DNA from: Octopus bimaculoides
Taxonomy: Eukaryota
Assembly: GCF_001194135.2 (NCBI RefSeq)
Contig: NC_068985.1
Span: forward strand, 60,915,790-60,979,789
DNA: 64,000 bases
Reading direction: 5' to 3'
In this document: piece after piece, positions 52,702-64,000 of the stretch
Layout of the letters: the number at the start of each line of letters is the position of its first letter
Position numbering within the stretch: position 1 is the first letter of the stretch
Position numbers and translations under genes: made by a program
Notes under the pieces: generated by a model
The model's database searches: none
What the model was told of the DNA's origin: nothing
What the model saw: the letters and a program-made list of their open reading frames with translations, nothing else

Positions 52702-53766
52702 CAGAGAGAGACAGAGACAAACAGACAGACAGATATTTATTGGTTTCACAATATGTGATATTGCAAGTAACTTCATCATCATCATCATCATCATCTAATC
52801 ACCATCCTTTCTTATGCGACCATAGCATCTCTTTAGCATATAACACATCACAGCAATAAAACAAAGGGGGAAAACCTAGAGTGTGGTATGTTTCCTGTGT
52901 ACACGAATTACCATAATCCAGTCTGTTTCTAACAATCTCTAACAATCAACAGGACTGGGGCTTTTGGCTAAAAAAAATTTCAACAAGACATAGTGCTCCA
53001 TCAGAGAATCTTGGCACCAAAGAGGAAATCTTTTAGTTACTAGGACTTGCCTTAAATACCAAATAAGTCACTTGTAACTAATTCACTTGTCTTTCTTTTG
53101 TTTAGATTTGTGAATTCTACATGCACCATGATGAAACAAAACTGGCCTCATGTGGAAATATTGTTTCTACTCCACAAAAGTACAAAAACACACTTACACT
53201 GATAAACACACACAAATGTAGTATAGTTAGAGAATATTTATGTGATCGTAATCAATTAAAACCCACAAACCAAAGAAACTGGTGTTAGATAATCAGTGAC
53301 AACTTTGTCCTCCCTTCATCTTCCAACCAAACCAAAGTCTTCCCTTCCTCCCTCAAGCTTGTACCATCAACAAGTTTTTCACTATCCAATTTTCTTCTGG
53401 TTCATTCCTTGATGTTACTCCATCCCCACCTCCAAAGTTTTCTATACACGACTTTAGAACTCTCTCTCTCTCTCTCAACACCATATTGCAACAAGGAAGC
53501 CTCTGAATAGGCACTTGACCTTCAAGAAATAGTAGCCAAATCCTCCTTAAGTCACATTCTACTTAAAAAACAAAGAACATCTTAATTCTTTGACATTTTT
53601 GTTTCTTTATATTTCAGTTTATAAGAGAATTAAGAAAAGTTGCACCAATTCCAGTTAGGAAGGAAATTTCAAGCAGAATGAAGACCATCTGAAGTTATTC
53701 AAATAAATGAGTAGTGAGGTAGGGAATATTGGGTTCCCTGTTGTGTTCTGTTATAAGATCAGTTAA

Positions 53767-53824
<58 letters not shown>

Positions 53825-54611
53825 GAGAGAGGATGAAGAGGACAATTGTGAAGTAAGTTTCCAAACTACAAGAAGTAGTACTAATAAGGCTTAACTGTGT
53901 TATTATAACAGCTGTTATTGAGGACTGACTTAACAAACACAGCTGCTCTAACTTGAAAACAGGGATCTCCTCAAGTAGGTAAGTGTGGCACCAAACTAAA
54001 CCCTTTAAGCATATCTCTTTGAAGAGAAATAACAGAACTGGAACAAATATTCCACAATTAAAAGATGAAAGCTACAACAACCAAATAAGCAGAAAATTGG
54101 CAGAACGTAGATTAAATGTGTTTTTGTTCCAGCTTTCCAGCTCTGAATTCAACTTTGCTTTTCATCTTTTTTGCAATTAAGAAAGTAGAATAAAATTGCT
54201 TGACTAGTCCTGACCAGTATTGGGCAGTTGGTCAGCAAAAATATTAGAGTGAAGGACTAGACACCTGTATTTATTCTTTGTGTTCTGAGTTCTTGGTTGG
54301 CAGACTTAATCTGTCACCCAATTTAACACTCCACAACCACTACTTGGTTCTCCAGTACCATTAGTAGAGTTAACTCTTGCAAACATTCAAGTTATATATT
54401 CAGTTTGTAGATAACTTACTCCTTACAGACCCTTTCACTAATCTTCCTGTTATCAATGTAACTATTAATTAATTAATTAGTGCTGACATAGGACTTAATC
54501 AGGATTAGCACTAAACTGTTATTTTATTCCATGGAAGAATTTGACAAAACATACAAATGTTGTTAAAAGAAATAATTTTATCTTAATGTAATAATAACAA
54601 TAATAATAATC

Positions 54612-54820
54612 CTTTTTGTTATAGGCACAAAATATGGAATTTGGGGGCAGGTAGCGTAGTCAATTTCATTGACCCCCAGCACTCAACTGGTACTTATTTC
54701 ATCAACCCCAAAAGGATGAAAGGCAAAGTCGAGCTTGGTAGAATTTGAACCCAGAACATAAAGGTGAATGAAATGCCACTAAGTATTTTGCCCAGGATGC
54801 TAATGATTCTGCCAGCATGC
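54612..54820 (-). mobile_element. SINE family A copy with (TAA)n tail, followed by a second decayed copy
   Basis: Family-A body, (TAA)n at ~54588-54611 and aataataat at ~54822. Confidence 0.75.
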
Positions 54821-54971
54821 AAATAATAATATTGAATTTAGATAGGAAACCAGCAATTTTTAGGGGAGCAATTGACCTCAGTACTTGACTGGTATTTTAC
54901 CTTATGACCCTGAAGGAATGAAAGACAAAGCTGACTCATAATAACTAAATACCACAAGGAATTTTGTCTAA

Positions 54972-55985
54972 AACTAATAAGTCTTACCAAATCATCATCA
55001 TCATCGTTTAACGGCCACTTTCCATGCTGACATGAGTTGGACGGTTTGACTGAGGACTGGCAAGCCAGATAGCTACATTGGGCTCCAATCTGATCTGGCA
55101 GAGTTTCTACAGCTGGATGCCCTTCCTAATGCCAACCACTCCGAGAGTGTAGTGGGTGCTTTTATGTGCCACCAGCATGATCATACCAGAAGCTATCAAC
55201 TACTTCTAGTTTTTCTCCCTAGAATGTGACAGAAGTTGTTCTCTGCACATTTTCAGTGTTTATTACTCCTGAGCATTTGCCACATACAAAAACTATCTTC
55301 CCAGTTAGCGTTCCTTTGATATTGCTGCACTTCTTATGTGTCCATAGCTTACACTGGGTACATCTTATAGAGTTTCTACCTATGCCTTTTCTACAGATCG
55401 AGCAGGGCCATCTACCTGAAGGGATTTGTGCTTTGTCTGCCTTCCTACTAATTAGGACTTTGGTTTTAGCTAGGTTGACTCTAAGGCCCTTCTATTCTAA
55501 TCCTTGCTTCCACACCTGAATCTTCTCTTCTAGTTCTGATAGTGACTAAGCAATTAGCGCAAGGTCATCAGCATAGAGGAGCTCCCAGGGGCATCCTGTC
55601 TTGAATTCCTCTGTTATTGCTTGGAGGACTATGATAAATAGGAGGGGGCTGAGGACTGAATCTTGATGGACCCCTACCTCTACCTGGAATTTTTCACTGT
55701 ACTCGTTGCCAACCCTCACCTTACTGACAGCGTCCCTGTACATGGCTCGCACAGCTCTCACTAACCATTCTTCTATCCCTAGTTTCCTCATTGACCACCA
55801 GATAAGGGATTGGAGGACCCAGTCAAAGGCTTTCTCCATGTCAACGAAAGGCAGGTACAGAAGTTTATCCTTGGCTAGGTATTTCTCCTACAGCTGCGTT
55901 ACCAGAAATATAGCATCAGTGGTGCTTTTCCCTGGCATGAACCCAAACTGCATCTCATCTAAACTGACTCTCTCCCTAATTAGTC
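54972..55985 (-). mobile_element. RTE-type LINE (RT C-half, PHD finger, internal deletion, 3' UTR, (GAT)n tail)
   Basis: ORF 55546..55839 (MEKAFDWV...GVHQDSVLSPLLF...LLYADDLALI) continues through the PHD finger to GEKLEVVDSF, then jumps at ~55180 to the 3' UTR ending in (GAT)n. Confidence 0.9.
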
Positions 55986-56307
55986 GGGCTATGACCCCTC
56001 AGTTACTTATTTTATTGACCCTGAAGTCTAAGTAAACCACAGTAGGATTTAAGCTTAAAACATAGAGATGAAATGAAGTATCGTAAGGTATTTCCCCGCT
56101 CAGTCTGCTGGCTCTATTTCAGTGGCCTAAATGTAATGGACAGAGTGACTTAATATAGCCAGGTGGGGGTGGGGCATCTTTAGTGGTGGTGTCTCGTCTG
56201 AAAGTAAACTGCCCCCTTCCTCTCACCATTCTTGAAGACCCTAAAAAGGGACACTGTTACTATCATTTCTCTTGTGGTTAAGCAATAAAACACGTTAAGA
56301 AGTTAAT

Positions 56308-56686
56308 GATGGCACTCCGTCGCTTACGATGTCGAGGGTTCCAGTTGATCTGATCAATGGAACAGCCTGCTCGTGAAAATAACGTGCAAATGGCTGAGCA
56401 CTCCACAGACAGGTGTACCCTTAACGCAGTTCTCGGGGATATTCAGCGTGACACAGTGTGACAAGGCTGAGCCTTTGAATTACAGGCACAACAGAAACAG
56501 GAAGTAAGAGTGAGAAAAAGTTGTGGTGAAAGTACAGCAGGGTTTGTCACAATCCCCTGCCGGAGACTCATGGAGCTTTAGGTGTTTTTGCTCAATAAAC
56601 ACTCACAACGCTCGGTCTGGGAATCGAAACAGCGATCCTATGACCGCGAGTCAGCTGCCCTAACCACTGGGCCATTACGCCTCCAC
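56308..56686 (-). mobile_element. Intact tRNA-derived SINE family D with a 12-bp target-site duplication
   Basis: TSD TAAGAAGTTAAT at 56296-56307 and 56687-56698. A-box-like TGGCCCAGTGG and B-box-like GTTTCGATTCC; CpGs retained. Decayed relatives at ~18745-18990 and ~36850-37000. Confidence 0.88.
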
Positions 56687-59076
56687 TAAGAAGTTAATAC
56701 ACTTCATTGATCATACATTGAGTTCAGTTCACATGGAAGGCTATGTTATCTTTCAGCCTTCCAATCTCAATAAAATAAAGTACCAGTCAAATACTGAGGT
56801 CTACATAACTGACTATAAGTTCCTCTCCCCAACTACAAATGTGAGGCCTTTTGCCTAGGTTAAAACTAAATACTAAAGTCTAGTGTGAACCTACCTCATT
56901 TTGTTTAGCTCTTTGTCAGCTCTGATTCAACAAGTTTATGATCAAAAGCAATGGAACCAAGACCATCCTGTCTTTTATTAGGAGTATCTGGAGCACATTA
57001 TTCAATGTGTCCTTTTTTTTTCTAAGACAAATATAATTTGAGAGATATTTGGCTACTATGTCTAGCAGGTAGAGATCACTGAAAGGTTCCATTATTCATT
57101 TAATGTAGTGCATGTTGTAGTTTGTAATCAGTAACCATTGGTTACAAACTGCAGTAATTAATTGTTCCAAATAAATGATTACTTCAATTGATCTATTAAA
57201 ATTAGGGGTCAGCCCATTCCTAAACCTATTATTTTTTTAATCTTTAAAAATTACACAAGACATCTCTTTGAAGAACCCACTGATGACATCTGGTTGATCT
57301 TTAAGGTCAATGTACCTAAAATGCATTACATAGAAATATCAGATGACTAATTAAAAACGTAGTTCTTTGAGAAATCTTTTGAAAATTTAATATAGCATCT
57401 GATGATTTGGATTTAATTAAATTACAAATTGCATGTTTAGTACTCTCTCATGCATATATATATATATATANNNNNNNNNNNNNNNNNNNNNNNNNNNNNN
57501 NNNNNNNNNNNNNNNNNNNNNNNNNNNNNNNNNNNNNNNNNNNNNNNNNNNNNNNNNNNNNNNNNNNNNNNNNNNNNNNNNNNNNNNNNNNNNNNNNNNN
57601 NNNNNNNNNNNNNNNNNNNNNNNNNNNNNNNNNNNNNNNNNNNNNNNNNNNNNNNNNNNNNNNNNNNNNNNNNNNNNNNNNNNNNNNNNNNNNNNNNNNN
57701 NNNNNNNNNNNNNNNNNNNNNNNNNNNNNNNNNNNNNNNNNNNNNNNNNNNNNNNNNNNNNNNNNNNNNNNNNNNNNNNNNNNNNNNNNNNNNNNNNNNN
57801 NNNNNNNNNNNNNNNNNNNNNNNNNNNNNNNNNNNNNNNNNNNNNNNNNNNNNNNNNNNNNNNNNNNNNNNNNNNNNNNNNNNNNNNNNNNNNNNNNNNN
57901 NNNNNNNNNNNNNNNNNNNNNNNNNNNNNNNNNNNNNNNNNNNNNNNNNNNNNNNNNNNNNNNNNNNNNNNNNNNNNNNNNNNNNATATGCCAAACACTA
58001 ATTAAATAATTTCTTGTCTTTTATTTGTTTTAGACTGCAGCATCGCCTTGAAGTTTTAGTCAAATGTATCAATCCCAGTAGTTATTCTATCAGTTTTTTT
58101 TGCCAAACTACTAAGTTATTGGGATGTAAACACACCAGCACCAGTTGTCAAGTGATGGTGGTGGGAAACAAACACAGACACACACATATGATATATACAT
58201 ATATATGACGGGCTTCTTTCAGTTTCTGTTTACCAAAATCCACTTGCAAGGCTTTGGTCAGCCTGAGGCTATAGTAGAAGACACTTGCCCAAAGTGCCAT
58301 GCAGTGGAACTGAACCCTGAACCACGTAGTTGAGAAGCAAGCTTCTTACCACCCAGTCACACCTGTACCTAATGACAAGTTATTTTAATAAATACTTAAT
58401 TATTTTCAAAATTAATTGCAACAAACTATATTTCAACAGAAATATGGTAACAAAAGCCTTAATCTTCAAAGTGATGTTGAAAAAATAGTTAGTATCAGTG
58501 ACTTTCACATTTTCTTAAATATGTATGAATTACAGGGTGACTGTGTTATGGAAAAAGGGGTTGTTGAGCTAGTAACCATATTATATAAAAGGAGTTGATG
58601 TTGTTGCTGTTGCTTAGTCCCATGGTCAATCCTAACTGAACAGGTTAATAAGCAAAAATCTTCCAACTATGATTACTCTTGTTTTTTGCTCAGCAGTGAC
58701 TTCATTATCCAATGTGACCTTCCTATACAAAGACAGCAAGATATGATTTGAAGGAGATTTGACTGCTATTTCTAGTATATTGAAGAACCAAATAGAAACT
58801 CCCTCTTTGGATCATTATGAGAAAAGAGCAACAGACAACTATAATATATGCTGTAGGTGTTATTTAGCCTGAAGTCCATTCTAATTAAGGAAATCCATAA
58901 TTAAAGCTAGACAATAACATTTTACTTCTATTTCTTGCAAGTCATGTTATGTCATAGCGCATTTGATGTAACAATAAATAAAAGTTGCTGCAAGACAGTA
59001 TCATGTTGTAGACTTAATCACCATGAAAGATCCAATAATAATAATAATAATAATAATAATAATTATAATAATAATA

Positions 59077-59292
59077 ATCCTTTCTCCGATAGGCACACGG
59101 CCTGAAATTTGGTGGGAGGGGGGAAGTCGATCACATCGACTCCAGCACTTGACAGATACTTAATTTACTGACCCTGAAAGGATTAAAGGCAACGATGACC
59201 TCAGCGGAATTTGAACTAAGAACATAAAGATGGACGAAATGCTGCCAAGCATTTTGCCTGGTGTGCTAACAATTCTGCCAGCTCGCTGCCTT
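59077..59292 (-). mobile_element. SINE family A copy embedded in (TAA)n on both sides
   Basis: Head aaggcagcgagctggcagaattgttagc; B-box-like gttcaaattc (~59207-59217). Confidence 0.85.
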
Positions 59293-59303
59293 ACTTAATA
59301 GTA

Positions 59304-59350
<47 letters not shown>

Positions 59351-59353
<3 letters not shown>

Positions 59354-60509
59354 GTCAATGCGATCACATGGACAGTCAACAAACTAAACAGCTTAGACAG
59401 AAAGACAAGGAAGTTGCTAACTAGATATGGGTCACTCCACCCAAAAAGTGACACAGACAGACTGTATGTACCAGGAGAAAGAGGGGGAAGAGGACTTATT
59501 GGATGCGAACACAGCATTAGAGCAGAAGAAATCAACAAAGCATGGTATGTAAAAAATGCCACAGAACCACTATTATTAGAAGTAAGAAGGTCAGGCTTGT
59601 CTAGGATGAAAGGTTGCAAAGATAAAGCACTATACAAGAAATTGAAAACGAATGAAACTGAAAATAGGTGGGTAAAGAAAAGAATGCATGAACAATTTCA
59701 TAGGGATGTTGAAGATAAGACAGACAGAGAAAAAAGATTGCTGTGGATGACTAAAAGTGATTTAAAACCGGAAACAGAAGCTCTGATCTATGCTGCCCAA
59801 GAGCAAGTACTAAGAACAAACTACATAAAATACAGAGAAGACAACACATCAGAAAGTAATAAGTGCAGAATCTGTGGACAAAACGGTGAAACCATATGAC
59901 ATATGACCAACCATTGTATGCCACTAGCCCAGAAGGAATATAAGAGACGCCATGACAATATAGCCAGGCTTGTCCATTGGACACTTTGCAACAAGTATGG
60001 ACTTGACAGAGCAAAAAATTAGTACAACCACAAACCTGAAGGCATTGTCGAAAATAGAAATGCAAAGATCCTATAGGATTTTATGATTCAGTGCAACCAT
60101 GAGATTGAGAATAGGAAGCTGGACATAGTCTTCATTGAGAAAACAAACTATGCTGGATCATAGACATAGCATGCCCAGCTGACAACCAGGTATGCGATAA
60201 TGAAGAAAGAAAAGTAGAGAGACAGGACAGGTTAGCTTGGGATGTTAAGCTGTTATGGTCGATGAAAAAGGTAGCAGTAGTACCAATAATTGTTGGAGCC
60301 CTGGGAACAGTGAGCAAAAATCTCGAGAAGTACATGGAACAGATAGGGGCTGCAATAAGGGTGGAGCACTTGCAGAAAACAGCACTGCTTGGAACTGCTC
60401 AAATACTCCAGAAGGTGCTCGAAAAATAAAAGGTGTTACCTTAGTTGACTGGTAGTGAACAGCTGACACTGTAGTACAACTCTAGTGTTAGAAGCTGTGC
60501 AAAGGCAAC
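59351..60509 (+). mobile_element. 5'-truncated R4/Dong-type non-LTR retrotransposon (CCHC zinc knuckle plus restriction-like endonuclease)
   Basis: LHPKSDTDRLYV...GGRGL; CRICGQNGETI*HMTNHC (from 59864); RRHDNIA; RKLDIVFIE...IIDIACP; VPIIVGALG; QKTALLGTAQILQKVL, stop at 60429, short 3' UTR. Flanked by (TAA)n on both sides. Confidence 0.85.
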
Positions 60510-60539
60510 AATAATAATAATAATATTGTTTCTAATTAT

Positions 60540-60770
60540 AATACTTATAATGATTTAAGTATAAGATCAGTAATTTTCAGGAGAGGGGATTATCATTTGA
60601 CACCATCAACTTCAATATTTGAGGGGTACTTTATTCTATCAACCACTGAAAGGATGAAAGACAAAGTTGACCTCAGCAGAATTTAAACTCAGAATGTTAA
60701 GAGCTGAAACAAATTCTACAAAGCATTTTTTTTTCTGTTGCTCTAAAGATTCTGCCAGCTCACTACTGCT
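60540..60770 (-). mobile_element. SINE family A copy (older)
   Basis: aaggatgaaagacaaagttgacctcagcagaatttaaactcag...gattctgccagctcac. Confidence 0.7.
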
Positions 60771-63700
60771 GCTGCCGCAGTAACAGCAACAATGATGATG
60801 ATAATAATGAGGAGGAGGATAATGATGCCATCCATAATGCTGTTGATAACAATGGTGCAAATAGTGACACAAATGGAGTAGAAATAAATATGAGGACAAT
60901 CTTGATAATGGCAATGAAGTGAGGTTTTCTAACATAACTAGAAATAAACAAAACTTAAAATAATGCGAATTGGTGATATTCAAGCCTTTCTCAAGCACAG
61001 TAATGATATAAATGAAGTGAAGCAGCTACAACTGAGAAATGAAGCTGGAGAGAAAAAATGTGTGACTGAATTCAGTTCATTAAATGAAATGCAAAAGAAA
61101 CACCAAAATTATCATATTTTCAGGTTAACTACTTTCAGATTGGTGTTACTAACTAGTTTTACTAATTAAATATTTACTGTAACTATTAACTATGACTGTT
61201 TGATTCTTTAAAAATAGATTTAATGTTCTTAATTGGAAATGAGTTTTAAGGTGGGAAAATTTAGAATTCTAGTAAAAGCAGTAAACCACATTACACCATA
61301 ACTATTGTAGTTAATGCATACAAGAGAGGGCGCTGTGATGATACTGTGTGAAATATCTGTGAATTATGGCATTAAGGCTATTTCCAATGTTTCCAACAGG
61401 ATAAACAGTAATGACAAGAACAACCGTCATGGATATCATTTCTGGAGTTATTTTCCACTTCCACTTCACTCCAAGCTAGGATGGATACAGTGGCACAATG
61501 ACAACTACAACATTTCCAGTTCTAAATTCATGTCCCTACATCCAGTACCCCTATGCCACCACCATCACCATATTAATCACTCACATCACCCTTTTTACAT
61601 CCGACTGACCATGTTGGCATGGGTTGCACAAAACATTTTCAAGCAGTCTTTTAAAACAGGGTATCTTTCCTAATGGTAACACTGTCATTGCCTCAAATAA
61701 TAATTTTGGGAGATTGTATGTGTGTTTTTGCATATACTGGAGAGAAGACTCCTGCAATAAATATAAAATAAACTCAAACTTTCAAAATCTATTTGGCTAA
61801 TAGAATGTCAATGACCAAAACCTTGACAGGATCTCTGAGGCTGGTAATAAGGATACAGTTGATGCTTAATGAGAGACAACAAAAGACCCATACAACCCTT
61901 AGGAAGAAGAGCAGTGACCCTGGCCCTTTCTAGGGGCCTCTGAGACTGGTGAGAGGAAGAAATGAAGGTATCTTCAAACTGGAGATTAGGCCTGAATACT
62001 TGCAACAGAACTGATCCATTCACTAAAGGAACCCAAGGGCCAGATAATGGTGTCAAACCAGATGACAAGAGATTTGAATTCAGAACACAAAGAGTACAAT
62101 GATTACAACAAGGCACCCTGTCCAATCCTTTAATGGTTCCACTACTCTATGACAGTGAGCTGGTACCCTAGAAGAATGAAAGGCAAAAGTGACCTCAATA
62201 GGATTAGAAATTAGAATCTAAGGAGCAAAAATAATTTTGTCTGATGCACTTACAACTCTGACAAAGGGATGTCTTGAATATGATAAGGCTCCTTTGTAAA
62301 AAACAACATAAACCACTGTTTGTGAGAAAGGTTTGAATGTGAGTTCATGTTATGTAAACATATAGATGACAGAATGTGATCAGGGTATAGAAGAAGCTAA
62401 ATATGTATAAATATTGGTTGTATCCTTTTGATATTAGTCCACCTGAGACTGCTCTTGATTCTATGATACAAACTTGTTGTTTTAAAGAGATCTAAATTAA
62501 AACTTTCTAACAAAATACTATACTAATTTAAGTTCTAAGTACCAGAGTAATAACAACAAAGTTATTTTACGAACTTCCTTATTTTCAAAATTGAAACCAA
62601 AAGTAGAGTATTTTTAGTAGAAATATAGTAACAAATTGGTTAAGTCTTTCTAAACTGCTGGCAACTTTATACAATAAATAAGCCACAGAACATCATATGA
62701 CAACTTGGACCAGTTAATAGTTTGAACCAGTTAATAAGAAATAGCAGCCATATCTTCCTTAATTTCTCACACTTTATCATCTTTGAAAAAAAATTGGGAA
62801 GGGGGGGACAAAATAATCTGAATAAATAAAAGATGGATGGTCATAGGTGGGATGCCTTTGATAACAGGTCTTACATGATTAGGGATGACCTGACCTCACC
62901 AACAACAATAAATTGAACAATACAATACCTAAATCTTCACAACAATGACTGGTTAAATTCTGCTGTGTGGTACCTATGGTAAATGTCTTACAGTCATGAG
63001 TTGAATAATATATCAGGACTAGAATATGGCAGACAGAAACTGTTCAAAAGCCCAGTGAGAATATTTATATATGATTTTGCTTAGGCAAAATCATATATTG
63101 TTAGAACTCAATATACATATGTATCGGAATAAAGCATTAGGAGAGTACAGAGCATAACAAGAACTGTCATCCCATTATTTCTTTCATACACACACATCAT
63201 GATTAAACATCTATGTTCCATGTTGAACAATTTGACAAGATACAATGGGTCCAAGGGCTGCATTGTGCCCCTGTGTCTACTTTAGCACGACTTTTATTGC
63301 TGGATGCCCTTCCTAATGCCAACCACTTTACAGCATGTTCTGGGTGCTTTTTTTGTGCCACCAGCATTAGTGGGTTTATGATGCAACTTGCAAGGCTCTG
63401 AACCTAGAGAAAAGTGGCTTTATGCTAGAAGATGAGTGGTTAAAATATGAGTGAAGGAGCCAGAGCAGAAGAGAATGGAGCTGGATGGAGCTAGGAAGAA
63501 ATAAAAATAGTGGTGAGGAAGTGTCTGGATGAACCTTCAAAGTACAAAGTGAGTAAAAGTGGGATCAAAACTAGATGTTAGCAGGAATGTGTGGGAAAGT
63601 GGGTGAGGAGAGGCATGAAGTGCAGGCATGGCTTTATAGATACAGGGCTTATTTCTTAACTATGTGGTTTTAAGTTCCATCTCACTGTGTGGCACTTGTG

Positions 63701-64000
63701 TGTCTTCTATGGGGGAATCAGATCAACCAATATTCTGTGAGAAGAATTCAGAAGCAAAAAATGTATGTGTGTATTTATATTCTGCATTTGAACCAAAACA
63801 GAAACATTATTTTGACATTCCCTACCAACAATTCATCCTCTAGCTTTGCACTTGCAAGACAAACTGATAAATGTTAGCAGCAGGAAGGATATCTGGCTGT
63901 AAAAACAATGTGTCAAAAATATGTACTCTGCCAATGCATGTTAGCTTGAAAATGGACATAAAATGACTGTACAATATATATATATATATATATAAATATA

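Noticed and set aside
55546-55839. Host protein-coding gene
   Set aside because: Reverse transcriptase fragment of the RTE element, with flanking stops.
56610-56686. tRNA gene
   Set aside because: A/B boxes are present, but the sequence is the head of a TSD-flanked SINE and I could not fold a full cloverleaf. The same applies to family A and B heads.
57407-58009. Long ORFs at 57.4-58.0 kb, 31.4-31.8 kb, 40.4-40.6 kb and 7.1-7.3 kb
   Set aside because: Artefacts of N-gaps and dinucleotide repeats.
34800-64000. Upstream PHLDB exons (e.g. FHA domain)
   Set aside because: I found no open exon ending in the required phase-1 donor with recognisable similarity; they probably lie outside the window, though a small exon or one inside an N-gap could be missed.

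Overview
AT-rich, microsatellite-dense, CpG-depleted animal genomic DNA with six N-gaps. The repeat families point to a cephalopod, probably Octopus (inference). The window lies inside one large minus-strand gene, a PHLDB1/2 (LL5) homolog. Three in-frame coding exons are visible: a 1691-nt Ser-rich exon (33081-34771) with the ERQRLEEILSMCAEY motif and two phase-0 coiled-coil exons (1893-2018, 667-804). Upstream and PH-domain exons are not in view. The introns hold several tRNA-derived SINE families, RTE-type LINE fragments, R4/Dong-type and CR1/Jockey-group LINE fragments, a decayed Gypsy pol, and three Tc1/mariner-superfamily remnants (Tc1-like, DD41D, mariner). Highlights: (i) a palindromic Penelope-like element carrying two complementarily damaged minimal hammerhead ribozymes; (ii) a complete C4HC3 PHD finger inside RTE ORF2, just downstream of the RT catalytic motif; (iii) a Dong-type element inserted in the (TAA)n linker of a SINE dimer; (iv) candidate internal starts for short PHLDB isoforms; (v) a 79-bp copy of host exon sequence in the downstream intron. 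All alignments and translations were done by eye; no database search was run.
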